A stretch of DNA of 50,316 nt from an uncultured Bacteroidales bacterium (lineage in GTDB: Bacteria > Bacteroidota > Bacteroidia > Bacteroidales > UBA10428), in assembly GCA_965602045.1 (NCBI GenBank), contig CBFCXR010000001.1:1-50316 (forward strand). The letters are read 5' to 3'. A program made the translations under genes and the position numbers. The notes under the pieces were generated by a model that saw only the letters and a program-made list of their open reading frames with translations, did not search any database and was not told the origin of the DNA. Shown piece after piece: positions 1-9,059 of this stretch. Numbering within the stretch: the stretch's first letter is position 1; each line of letters starts with the position of its first letter.

Positions 1-307
1 CTCGCTTCTTGCTGTTCGCTTCTTGCTGCTCGCTGTTCATTGTTCGTTGTTCGCTTCTTGCTGCTCGCTACTCGCTACTCGCTACTCGCTTCTTGCTGTT
101 CGCTTCTTGCTGCTCGCTGTTCATTGTTCGTTGTTCGCTTCTTGCTGCTCGCTACTCGCTACTCGCTACTCGCTTCTTGCTGTTCGCTTCTTGCTGCTCG
201 CTGTTCATTGTTCGTTGTTCGCTGCTCGCTGCTCGCTGCTCGCTACTCGCTACTCGCTTCTTGCTGCTCGCTTCTTGCTACTCGCTGTTCATTGTTCGTT
301 GCTCGCC
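1..307. repeat. Heptanucleotide-phased tandem repeat array (about 44 in-phase 7-mers) organised as an 84-bp higher-order unit; runs off the left edge of the window
   Basis: Read directly: ctcgctt cttgctg ttcgctt cttgctg ctcgctg ttcattg ttcgttg ttcgctt cttgctg ctcgcta ctcgcta ctcgcta = 84 bp. Units 1-84 and 85-168 are identical; 169-252 and 253-307 are diverged. No indel breaks the 7-nt phase. The + strand is almost A-free, so all three + frames are open. Confidence 0.9.
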
Positions 308-398
308 TATATATAGTGCGCATTTAACGCTAGTGTAACGCGTGCTGATTGCTTCTCGTTAAATAAATTGGTTCAAGCCTGCCTGCCAGCAACCAGCA

Positions 399-923
399 TC
401 AGCTAAATATTGTATACCAGATCTCTTTAAAGAAAAATACAGTTATTGTTATTGAGACGGCCAGCTTCATTAATGTTCCTGCAAGAAAACCAATGAACGA
501 TCCGAATGCTGCAATAAAAGCTTTTTCTGACTCTTTGCCTGCAATTAGCTCTCCAACAAGGGCTCCAAAGAAAGGACCTCCTAAAATACCAAGAATCCCA
601 AATGGCCCCAAAACAATACCCATCATCGGTAAAAGCATTATACCAGCAATTAAACCAATCAAGCTTCCCCATACACCGGCTTTTGAACCTCCAAATTTTT
701 TAGTCCCCCAGACAGGAACTATATAATCAAGGATTTGGACTATTACAGCTAATGCACCTAGAAAGAGCAGGGTATTAATACTAAAGTCAGCAAATTTTGT
801 AAAGTGTGCAATTAGAATTCCTACATAACTAATCGGCGGGCCGGGTATGACTGGAAGAATACAGCCGGCCAGTCCGACGACAATTATAAGGATCGATAAT
901 AAAAGTAAAATATAGTCCAGCAT
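399..923 (-). CDS. DUF456-family small integral membrane protein
   Basis: 174 aa with 4-5 hydrophobic helices and Gly-rich segments (GPFGILGILGGPFFGALVGE) that I recognise as DUF456-like. Same strand as ntpK and 85 nt downstream of it. Confidence 0.7.
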   Translation of the reverse strand: MLDYILLLLSILIIVVGLAGCILPVIPGPPISYVGILIAHFTKFADFSINTLLFLGALAVIVQILDYIVPVWGTKKFGGSKAGVWGSLIGLIAGIMLLPMMGIVLGPFGILGILGGPFFGALVGELIAGKESEKAFIAAFGSFIGFLAGTLMKLAVSITITVFFFKEIWYTIFS

Positions 924-979
924 AAATGGTTATGTTATATTATTATTAACCCGGTAAAATATATTCAGGCTAATTAAAT

Positions 980-1007
980 TTAGCGTCTGGTAATATTACC
1001 AGGCTAA
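980..1007 (-). terminator. Stem-loop immediately after the ntpK stop (putative terminator or processing hairpin, weak U-tract)
   Basis: ttagc-gt-ctggta-atat-taccag-gctaa: 6-bp plus 5-bp stems with a 2-nt bulge, starting 1 nt after the stop codon (1009-1011). Followed on the minus strand by AAATTTAATT, which is A/T-rich but not a clean T-run. Confidence 0.35.
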
Positions 1008-1008
1008 A

Positions 1009-1488
<480 letters not shown>

Positions 1489-1506
1489 TTAAAATTAATA
1501 TTAATA

Positions 1507-3318
1507 TCACTGATTCTTCTTAAATGGTTTATACTCTTTGCCTCCACCGGTAAATCCCGCATTCTTATAAAACTCAACAAATGTGAGACGCAGAGGGTGT
1601 ACAAATGCACCCAAAACTGCCATAAAAATGTTTAGTGAGTGTCCGACAACGAGGATTAATAAAAAAATAATCTGGCTGATAATGATAGTATCTCCACTCA
1701 TTTCCAAAGCCAGGTAATTAAATACATATCCCAGAATTGCACTTGAAATACCCAGGGCAAAAAGTCTGATATAGGATAAAAGATCACCAAATATGCCTGT
1801 TGCTGTAAAATATATATCTCCCAGGCCTTTACCAATGTTTCCTAAAATTTTTTTATCAGGATTATTTAAAAATAATATCATTATCAGACTTGAGCCAAGT
1901 ACAAAGAAATATAAATATTTCAAGCTGTGCGATTCTGTTTCAAATTTGTCTTTAATCATAACATATAGAGCACTGCTTATAATTAATATTATCCATCCGA
2001 GAGTTGATAAAGCATATTTAAATCCATACTGTCTGCTTATATTAAGAATTTTAACTATCATGCCGAATATTATCTGAATGCCCCCTAGAACTATAGCAAA
2101 ATAAAACATTTCTTCCGGTTTCATGAACATGCTCTTAATACTGCTAAGGAATGGTATATCAGCCTTTATTAAATCAATCCCGAAAATAGTTCCTGATAGA
2201 AGTCCGAAGACAATTGTCGAACCTCCCAGTATTTGTACCAAAGTAAGTAAAGGTTTTATTTTACTCTTTGCACGAAGTTTAACTACGCTGGCGACAGTAA
2301 GGAATAATAGACCGTATCCGGCATCACCAAGGCAGAAGCCGAAAAACATCATAAAAAACGGGGCAAAGAAAGGTGTTAAGTCAAGCTCTTTGTAGTCTGG
2401 TAAAGAATAGAGTTCTGCTATTGGTTCGAATAATTTTGAAAACTTATTATTGCGCAATTTAACAGGAATCTTGTCTTCATTTGTTGCATCTGATGTGATA
2501 TAATATATTTCCGAATTATCCAGAAATAAATTTATCTCTTCCTCTTTATCTTCCGGGACCCATCCTTCAAGCAGCATTAATTTTTCTTCTGCCTGCTTTT
2601 CTGTATTAATAACTACATTGTCGAAGTTAAACTCTTCCTGTATTTTTTCTTTACCGGAAACAAGCAGTGGTATATACTTTTCAGCATAGAGATCAAATAT
2701 TTCTCCGGATTTTAAAATAATTTTTTCTATTTCTTTTTGTTTCTTTAGTAATACGTCAAGGGAATTTTCCGGCAGTTTTATCTCCTCTGCATCAAGCTCA
2801 ATTTTTTCATCACCTTCCTGAACAAGAATAAAATAAGTTTGTCCGCTCAAATGATTTATTTCTTCTATATTATAATTTATTTTCCATTTGTAATTGAATT
2901 TTTTAACGGGACAAATAAAAAACCTGATATGATAACCATGTTCTTCAAGTCTTTCTATATTCTCGAATGAAAAATTTCCCCAGGGTCTGATTAATGATAT
3001 TTCTTTTTTTAATGAAGCAAGATTTTGGGTATTTATTTCAATTTCTGACTGAATATTTTGAATTTCTTTTAATATTTTCAAACTGTCAGTAGTAGTGCTT
3101 GTTTTGGATTTATCCTCCTCTTTCCTGCTAATCAGAAACTTTATGGCTTTTTTATATTGTTTAATAAGATCGTACTGTTTTCTCTGGTTTTCATCCTCGA
3201 GTTCCCCTGATTCTTTTTCAATTACGTGCAATACTCCAACTTTCCGAAGGTCTTTCAGAAAGTTAAGATATTCCTTATGATAAACAAGGAATGAATATTT
3301 CTTCATTGGAATTATCAT
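1507..3318 (-). CDS. ntpI: V-type ATPase subunit I (membrane stator, a-subunit equivalent)
   Basis: 603 aa with a hydrophilic coiled N-half and a polytopic C-half containing the conserved Arg region (LLSYIRLFALG). The ATG overlaps the ntpD stop as ATGA (3315-3318). Confidence 0.92.
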   Translation of the reverse strand: MIIPMKKYSFLVYHKEYLNFLKDLRKVGVLHVIEKESGELEDENQRKQYDLIKQYKKAIKFLISRKEEDKSKTSTTTDSLKILKEIQNIQSEIEINTQNLASLKKEISLIRPWGNFSFENIERLEEHGYHIRFFICPVKKFNYKWKINYNIEEINHLSGQTYFILVQEGDEKIELDAEEIKLPENSLDVLLKKQKEIEKIILKSGEIFDLYAEKYIPLLVSGKEKIQEEFNFDNVVINTEKQAEEKLMLLEGWVPEDKEEEINLFLDNSEIYYITSDATNEDKIPVKLRNNKFSKLFEPIAELYSLPDYKELDLTPFFAPFFMMFFGFCLGDAGYGLLFLTVASVVKLRAKSKIKPLLTLVQILGGSTIVFGLLSGTIFGIDLIKADIPFLSSIKSMFMKPEEMFYFAIVLGGIQIIFGMIVKILNISRQYGFKYALSTLGWIILIISSALYVMIKDKFETESHSLKYLYFFVLGSSLIMILFLNNPDKKILGNIGKGLGDIYFTATGIFGDLLSYIRLFALGISSAILGYVFNYLALEMSGDTIIISQIIFLLILVVGHSLNIFMAVLGAFVHPLRLTFVEFYKNAGFTGGGKEYKPFKKNQ

Positions 3319-3917
3319 TGCACTAATTCTGTTTGCTGTTGTCTGTTTTTTACTATTTTTTGAGCAGATTTTGAAAGATTTTCTTCATCTTCCAAAAATC
3401 TCTTTATTTTTCGAATAGCATCTTCAAAACCGGGAATCTGAACTTTTTCAAATAAGTTTACTTTTTGAGTTGTCTTTTTCCTTGCACGATCCAGCAACTG
3501 CATTTTTTTACTGAATACTTCTTTTTCAATAGCAATAGATGCAATTTCTTTAACCAATGCTATGCCATCAAGAAACCATTTAGGTTTACTAAAAATGCTG
3601 AATTTTTTTGTATAGTAATCAATTCCGTCAAGAACAGGTGTTTTCGTTCCGGCAATTTTCTTAACTGATAATTTTGCATCTTCTATGCTTATCAAACTTA
3701 CATCAAATTCGCCCCACAAAATTACCATATATTCATATTGCCTGATTTTCTCTTTTAGCTTTAGATCCAAACGCTTCATCTCGTCTTTAGCTTTCTTAAC
3801 CTCAACCCGTAATGCCGATTCCTTATTCTTAATAGTAGGAAGAGCACGCACTCTTACATTAAGCTGCTTATCTAACTGCTGCAGTGATGTTTTATTATAT
3901 TGAAATTTTATTGCCAT
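3315..3917 (-). CDS. ntpD: V-type ATPase subunit D (central stalk)
   Basis: About 200 aa, helical and Lys/Glu-rich, with the D-subunit N-terminus MAIKFQYNKTSL. I prefer the ATG at 3917 over the ORF start at 3947 because 3947 would overlap ntpB by 29 nt. Confidence 0.88.
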   Translation of the reverse strand: MAIKFQYNKTSLQQLDKQLNVRVRALPTIKNKESALRVEVKKAKDEMKRLDLKLKEKIRQYEYMVILWGEFDVSLISIEDAKLSVKKIAGTKTPVLDGIDYYTKKFSIFSKPKWFLDGIALVKEIASIAIEKEVFSKKMQLLDRARKKTTQKVNLFEKVQIPGFEDAIRKIKRFLEDEENLSKSAQKIVKNRQQQTELVQ

Positions 3918-3918
3918 G

Positions 3919-5244
3919 TTATTTGTCTTTCGGCCAGTATTTATCAACTAATTCCTGTCGGGCTCCGACTTCCTCCGGTTTAAAGTATTTTTTAAACAAA
4001 TACCAACCGGTTTCAAGCATTTCATCAATATCTATATTTACATCAATTGCTAATAATTTCTCTGAATAATCTTCTGCAAACTTCAGGCTTCTTTCATCAT
4101 AATCTGTTAAATCGAATCCATTCTCAAGTTTGGTTTTTGCATTAGCGGCATCAGCATATAGTTTGATTGCAGCATTCATTACCTGCGGATGATCCTCTCT
4201 TGTTTTTTTCCCTATCACCAGCTGTTTTAATCGCGAAAGACTCCTGAACGGATCGACAATAACTTTTCCGATATCGGAATCTCTTCTGAGGAACAGCTGT
4301 CCTTCCGTAATATATCCGGTATTATCGGGGATAGCATGAGTTATGTCTCCACCTGATAATGTAGTAACAGCAATAATTGTTATTGAACCTCCCTCAGGAA
4401 ATTGCACAGCTTTTTCATAAATTTTTGCCAGGTCACTGTAAAGAGACCCAGGCATACTGTCTTTAGAAGGTATTTGGTCCATTCGGTTTGATACAATACT
4501 TAGTGCATCTGCAAAAAGGGTCATGTCTGTTAAAAGTACAACAACGCTTTGATTTTTATCAACCGCAAAATATTCAGCAGCGGTAAGTGCCATATCCGGA
4601 ACAAGCAGTCGTTCCACAGGAGGATCGGCTGTAATATTTACAAAACTTACTATACGATCCAGTACTCCTGCGTTATCAAATACATTTTTATAAAAAAGAT
4701 AATCATCGTTTGTAAGTCCCATTCCTCCCAGGATTATTTTATCTGCCTTTGCTCTCAGGGCAACCATTGCCATAACCTGGTTATAAGGCTGATCAGGATC
4801 TGCAAAGAATGGAATTTTTTGTCCTGATACCAATGTATTATTTAAATCTATACCTGCAATACCCGTGGCTATCAATTCTGAAGGTTGTTGCCTTCTTACC
4901 GGATTTACAGAGGGTCCTCCGATTTCACGTTCTTCACCTTCGATATCCGGTCCTCCATCAATAGGATCGCCATATGCATTAAAATAGCGGCCTGCAAGAT
5001 CATCGCTAACTTTTAAGCTGGGTGCTTTACTGAGGAATGTAACTTCAGCATTGGTAGGTATACCTTCGGTGCCTCCAAACACCTGAAGAGTAACTGTATC
5101 TTCAATTATTTTAACTACCTGCGCTAACTTATTATCAACAATTGCTAACTCATCATTGCCTATTCCTGTGGCTTTTAATGAGCAGGTTGCTTTAGTTATC
5201 TGGTTAATCCTGGTATATATTTTCTGAAAAGCTTTAGTTCCCAT
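3919..5244 (-). CDS. ntpB: V-type ATPase subunit B (non-catalytic)
   Basis: 441 aa, A/B-family fold motifs (GQKIPFF, LLTDMT, PGSLYSDLA). The start overlaps the ntpA stop by 1 nt (TAATG). Confidence 0.95.
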   Translation of the reverse strand: MGTKAFQKIYTRINQITKATCSLKATGIGNDELAIVDNKLAQVVKIIEDTVTLQVFGGTEGIPTNAEVTFLSKAPSLKVSDDLAGRYFNAYGDPIDGGPDIEGEEREIGGPSVNPVRRQQPSELIATGIAGIDLNNTLVSGQKIPFFADPDQPYNQVMAMVALRAKADKIILGGMGLTNDDYLFYKNVFDNAGVLDRIVSFVNITADPPVERLLVPDMALTAAEYFAVDKNQSVVVLLTDMTLFADALSIVSNRMDQIPSKDSMPGSLYSDLAKIYEKAVQFPEGGSITIIAVTTLSGGDITHAIPDNTGYITEGQLFLRRDSDIGKVIVDPFRSLSRLKQLVIGKKTREDHPQVMNAAIKLYADAANAKTKLENGFDLTDYDERSLKFAEDYSEKLLAIDVNIDIDEMLETGWYLFKKYFKPEEVGARQELVDKYWPKDK

Positions 5245-7001
5245 TATACTACCTTTTGTTCGTCAATTATTTTATATAATTCTTTTTCGTACTTATTAAA
5301 TTTTTCTGACTTAAATTCAGAATAATTCATTTGCTTATAATGATTAATGATCCTTTTGAAGTAGATGTCAATTTCTGTAAATGACTCAAAATTAAATTCA
5401 GTATCACAGACATTGAGTACATGATCAAGCATATATTTTTGTCTTTCCACTGGCGTGGACTGGTCTATGTTATTAAATGCATCCTGCTGTAATATTACAA
5501 AATCGATAATTTCAGATTTCCAATAAGTTACATGATAATCAACAGGCACTCCATCATCACCAAGAATATTAATTTGTTCGTAAGTTTCTTTACCCCGCTG
5601 AAATACGGTTTTGGCCTTATTTACCTGGCTTATCCAGTTATTTGAAATTTTATTTTCAATATATTCGGCAAATTCCGGATATTCAAGATATTTTGAATAA
5701 CTATCGATTGGATCTACTGCAGGGTATCTTTTGCTGTCAGCACGGTGTTGTGCCAGTGCATAAAAGCATCTTGCTACTTTTTTTGTGGATTCGGTTACAG
5801 GTTCCTTAAGATTTCCGCCGGCGGGCGATACAGTACCGATAAAAGTTATTGAGCCTGTTTCTTTATTGTTTAGAACTATATATCCTGCCCTGGAATAAAA
5901 GTTTGAAATAACTGCAGGTAAATCCATTGGAAAAGCATCGGGCCCGGGGAGTTCTTCGAGTCTGTTAGACATCTCTCTTAATGCCTGAGCCCATCTTGAA
6001 GTTGAATCGGCCAGCATCAGCACCCTCAAACCCATTGAACGATAATATTCGGCAATTGTCATTGCAGTATAAACTGAGGCTTCCCGGGCTGCAACAGGCA
6101 TATTTGAAGTATTGGCAATAATTGTAGTTCTTTCCATCAATTTCCTTCCTGTTCTGAAATCTTCAAGTTCAGGAAATTCCTTAAATAATTCTACTACCTC
6201 GTTTGCTCTTTCACCACAAGCAGCAACGATTACAATATCAGCTTCCGCCTGTTTTGATATAGCATGTTGCAAAACCGTTTTACCGCATCCGAAAGGTCCT
6301 GGTATAAATCCGGTTCCGCCTTCGACAATAGGATTCAGTGTATCGATTGTTCTTACGCCGGTTTCCAGTAATTTGAATGGCCGTGGTTTATCTCTGTATG
6401 CTTTAATAGGTACTTTTACAGGCCATTTTTGAACCATTGTAACAGGAATATCCTTATTATCCTTGTCAACTAAAACTGCAATAGTATCGGTTACCTTATA
6501 ATTTCCTGCTTTAACGACGCTCTTAACTTTGTAACTTCCTTTGAAACTAAAAGGAACCATTATTTTATGAGGCATTGAATTTTCTTCTGTTTCACCAAGC
6601 CAGTCTCCTGCAATAACAGCATCCCCGGAACCAGCAACTGGTTTGAACTCCCAGTTTTTATCTTCGTCCAAAGCATCGGTATACTCACCTTTTTTTAGAA
6701 ATAAACCTTCCATTTTGTCAAGGTCATTTTGCAGACCGTCATAATTTTTTGATAAAAGTCCGGGCCCAAGCGTAACCTCAAGCATATGGCCGGCAAAAGT
6801 AACTTCGTTGCCGATTTTAAGCCCTCTTGTACTTTCAAATACCTGCACATAGGCATTTTTACCATTTATTTTAATCACTTCGGCCATTAAACTGGTCTTT
6901 TCAAAAAGTATAAAGCATATCTCATTCTGAGATACCGGTCCATCAACCTCAACAATTACAAGATTTGAAACAATCCCTTTTACTAATCCTTTTGTTGACA
7001 T
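5244..7001 (-). CDS. ntpA: V-type ATPase subunit A (catalytic)
   Basis: 585 aa, Walker A GPFGCGKT, Walker B-like LMLADSTSRWAQALRE, and the non-homologous insert typical of A subunits. Confidence 0.96.
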   Translation of the reverse strand: MSTKGLVKGIVSNLVIVEVDGPVSQNEICFILFEKTSLMAEVIKINGKNAYVQVFESTRGLKIGNEVTFAGHMLEVTLGPGLLSKNYDGLQNDLDKMEGLFLKKGEYTDALDEDKNWEFKPVAGSGDAVIAGDWLGETEENSMPHKIMVPFSFKGSYKVKSVVKAGNYKVTDTIAVLVDKDNKDIPVTMVQKWPVKVPIKAYRDKPRPFKLLETGVRTIDTLNPIVEGGTGFIPGPFGCGKTVLQHAISKQAEADIVIVAACGERANEVVELFKEFPELEDFRTGRKLMERTTIIANTSNMPVAAREASVYTAMTIAEYYRSMGLRVLMLADSTSRWAQALREMSNRLEELPGPDAFPMDLPAVISNFYSRAGYIVLNNKETGSITFIGTVSPAGGNLKEPVTESTKKVARCFYALAQHRADSKRYPAVDPIDSYSKYLEYPEFAEYIENKISNNWISQVNKAKTVFQRGKETYEQINILGDDGVPVDYHVTYWKSEIIDFVILQQDAFNNIDQSTPVERQKYMLDHVLNVCDTEFNFESFTEIDIYFKRIINHYKQMNYSEFKSEKFNKYEKELYKIIDEQKVV

Positions 7002-7016
7002 ACTAAAATTCTTGAT

Positions 7017-7865
7017 TTAAATAAACTCTTTTGAAAATTCATAACTTTTTTCCAGGTTACTTAATAAATTATTAAATAATTCCTGTCCTGTTTCTTTATC
7101 TAATCTTAACCATCTTATAATAATTTCAATTTGCAAAGTATAGGAAAATATTTTTTCTGTTGTGAAATAATGGAAGAAAGTCCAGTCATTTAATAACTCC
7201 CATTTAATAATATCAATCTTTTTTTCCCTTTCAACCAGATTATTTTCCTCTAACGCGTTGATAATAGATTCCAGTTTTGGAAATTCAATACTAATTCCGA
7301 AGTCCCTTGCATTGCTTTTAATAAGTTTTTCGGTAATTTCATTATTTCCAATAAGCTCATTCTCAACTGTAAGCTGATGCTTTTTGCAATTATATGCTGT
7401 AATTATGTTGGTAAGATTCATTTCAAATTCGAACCAGTTCCGGATATACTGGTTATCCAGGCCGCTTAAATAATTGTAGTAAAGTTGAGTAATCTGATTT
7501 TCCCAATCTTTGCCCCGAAATAAAGGTAATTCATTCTTATATGCGTGTATAAATTCACCAAAATAACCGGGTATTTCTCTTTCAAACGAATATAATGCAT
7601 CATCTTTAACCAGACTGAAGATTTCATCGAAATCTTCCTTTGATAAATTTCCGAGTTCATTAATGCCTGACTCAGGATTTTTAAGCAATTTGAGTACGTT
7701 AATATTATCATATCTCCAGAAAAATGATTCTATTAATCTGAAATCCTTAAAATGCAATACTTCCCTAAGCTGATTTTTAAAATCCGGAAAAGTAAAATTG
7801 ATTTTATCGTTATTAAAAAATAACTCAGGAAGACCTGCAACCAAACAATGATATTCTCGACTCAT
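7017..7865 (-). CDS. DUF2764-family protein (Bacteroidota V-ATPase operon member, presumed C/d-subunit equivalent)
   Basis: 282 aa all-helical protein located between ntpE and ntpA, the position this family occupies in Bacteroidota V-ATPase operons as I recall them. Confidence 0.7.
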   Translation of the reverse strand: MSREYHCLVAGLPELFFNNDKINFTFPDFKNQLREVLHFKDFRLIESFFWRYDNINVLKLLKNPESGINELGNLSKEDFDEIFSLVKDDALYSFEREIPGYFGEFIHAYKNELPLFRGKDWENQITQLYYNYLSGLDNQYIRNWFEFEMNLTNIITAYNCKKHQLTVENELIGNNEITEKLIKSNARDFGISIEFPKLESIINALEENNLVEREKKIDIIKWELLNDWTFFHYFTTEKIFSYTLQIEIIIRWLRLDKETGQELFNNLLSNLEKSYEFSKEFI

Positions 7866-7868
7866 TTC

Positions 7869-8486
7869 TTACTCTTCAGAAAATAATAACTTGATTAATC
7901 TTGGCCTTAAATAATGCTTGAAGAAGTTTATAAAATCTTCTTCAGTAAAGCTGATTTTGAAGCTGCCATCTTTTGGACCTATCTGAAAACCGGATTTAAT
8001 ATCGTTATCAAACCGGATTGCTAAGCCCCCTTTTAGTAAATCTTTTGCAGAACTGTTAAAGTATTGTTGTAAGTCTTTTTCTTCTTTTGCAGGCAAAAGT
8101 ACCGAAATATCAATAGCTTCATCCGATGAGGATTTCCAGTTTTTTATTGTGATTTCAATCAGTTTCTTAATAAAAGTTTTGTCATTAAATACATTACTGA
8201 CAGTTGCACTAACAATTTTATCATTAACTAAATCTGTAATCCGTTGTTTTAATGCGTTTATCGCTTGTTTAGAGGAAAGTATAAGTTCTGCTTCAGAATT
8301 TGATTTGATTTCGTCAGATTTTTTTTTCGCATCATTAATAATTTTTTCAGCTTCTTTCTTTGCATTAGCAACTATTTCCAGGGCTTCTTTCTTTGAATCG
8401 CTTATTATTTTTTCTGCTTCAGTATTTCCTTTTGAAATACCTTCTTTAAATATTTTTTCCGTTAGTTCCTGTAATCTATTCTGCAT
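7869..8486 (-). CDS. ntpE: V-type ATPase subunit E (peripheral stalk)
   Basis: 205 aa with a long Lys/Glu/Ala coiled-coil N-terminus and a globular C-terminus. First gene of the operon. Confidence 0.85.
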   Translation of the reverse strand: MQNRLQELTEKIFKEGISKGNTEAEKIISDSKKEALEIVANAKKEAEKIINDAKKKSDEIKSNSEAELILSSKQAINALKQRITDLVNDKIVSATVSNVFNDKTFIKKLIEITIKNWKSSSDEAIDISVLLPAKEEKDLQQYFNSSAKDLLKGGLAIRFDNDIKSGFQIGPKDGSFKISFTEEDFINFFKHYLRPRLIKLLFSEE

Positions 8487-8589
8487 TTTCCAATTTTATT
8501 AATTGATATTTAAGAAGAAAAACTAGAATTTATTAATTCCTGATAATAATAATATATTAGACGAATATGACTTAGTTTTTGAAAAACAT

Positions 8590-8597
8590 CAAATTTA
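8590..8597 (-). promoter_or_regulatory. Candidate Bacteroidota -7 box TAAATTTG (TAnnTTTG) for the V-ATPase operon
   Basis: The + strand reads caaattta, about 104 nt upstream of the ntpE ATG. No convincing -33 TTTG seen. Confidence 0.3.
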
Positions 8598-8681
8598 GTG
8601 AAAAGTTTATTCATACTATAAAGATTACGGAATGTTTTGCATTTATTTCGAACTAATATAAATCAAATTCGATGCTGGTTA

Positions 8682-8849
8682 CTTGTTTCTCGTCACTCGC
8701 TTTTCGTTCTTTATTTTTCGTTGTTCGCTATTCGTTGTTCGCTATTCGTTGTTCGCTATTCGTAAATCGTAAATCGTCAATCGCAAATCGTCAATCGCAA
8801 ATCGTCAATCGTTAATCCTTTTATCTTTTGTCTTTTATCTTTAGTCTTG
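8682..8849. repeat. 24 in-phase heptanucleotides (nTCnnnn) in successive sequence variants, including a 14-mer x3 and a 14-mer x2.5
   Basis: cttgttt ctcgtca ctcgctt ttcgttc tttattt (ttcgttg ttcgcta)x3 ttcgtaa atcgtaa (atcgtca atcgcaa)x2 atcgtca atcgtta atccttt tatcttt tgtcttt tatcttt agtcttg. TC stays at positions 2-3 of every heptad across 168 bp. Confidence 0.9.
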
Positions 8850-8975
8850 TGTAATTGTCATTTGCTTCGCTGTTATTTGTAGTCATTAATAGTCATCTGT
8901 AGTAATTTGTTGCCAGTTTGGTAAACAATAGAACAATATAGTAATTCAGTGTACACGCCAACTTATTTCACAGTA

Positions 8976-8983
8976 TAAATTTG
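8976..8983 (+). promoter_or_regulatory. Candidate -7 box TAAATTTG for the Na/Pi cotransporter gene
   Basis: Exact TAnnTTTG match 77 nt upstream of the ATG at 9060. Same octamer as the divergent V-ATPase candidate. Confidence 0.3.
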
Positions 8984-9059
8984 AATGATAATGTTCTTAT
9001 TTATTATTTGAATAATAATTTTTGTAGATTTAAAACAAAAAACTGAAAATATATTTATT

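Noticed and set aside
1-307. Possible CRISPR array (also considered for 8717-8814)
   Set aside because: The repeats are contiguous 7-, 14- and 84-bp units with no unique spacers, no palindromic repeat of 28-37 bp, and no cas genes in the window.
9-338. Three overlapping + strand ORFs (9..338, 23..316, 40..327) encoding Leu/Phe/Ala/Ser/Cys/Arg-rich repeats
   Set aside because: All three frames are open only because the heptad array is almost A-free on this strand, so stop codons cannot form. The peptides are low-complexity, mutually overlapping, lack any start context and lie in a 7-nt (non-triplet) repeat. They are artefacts, not genes.
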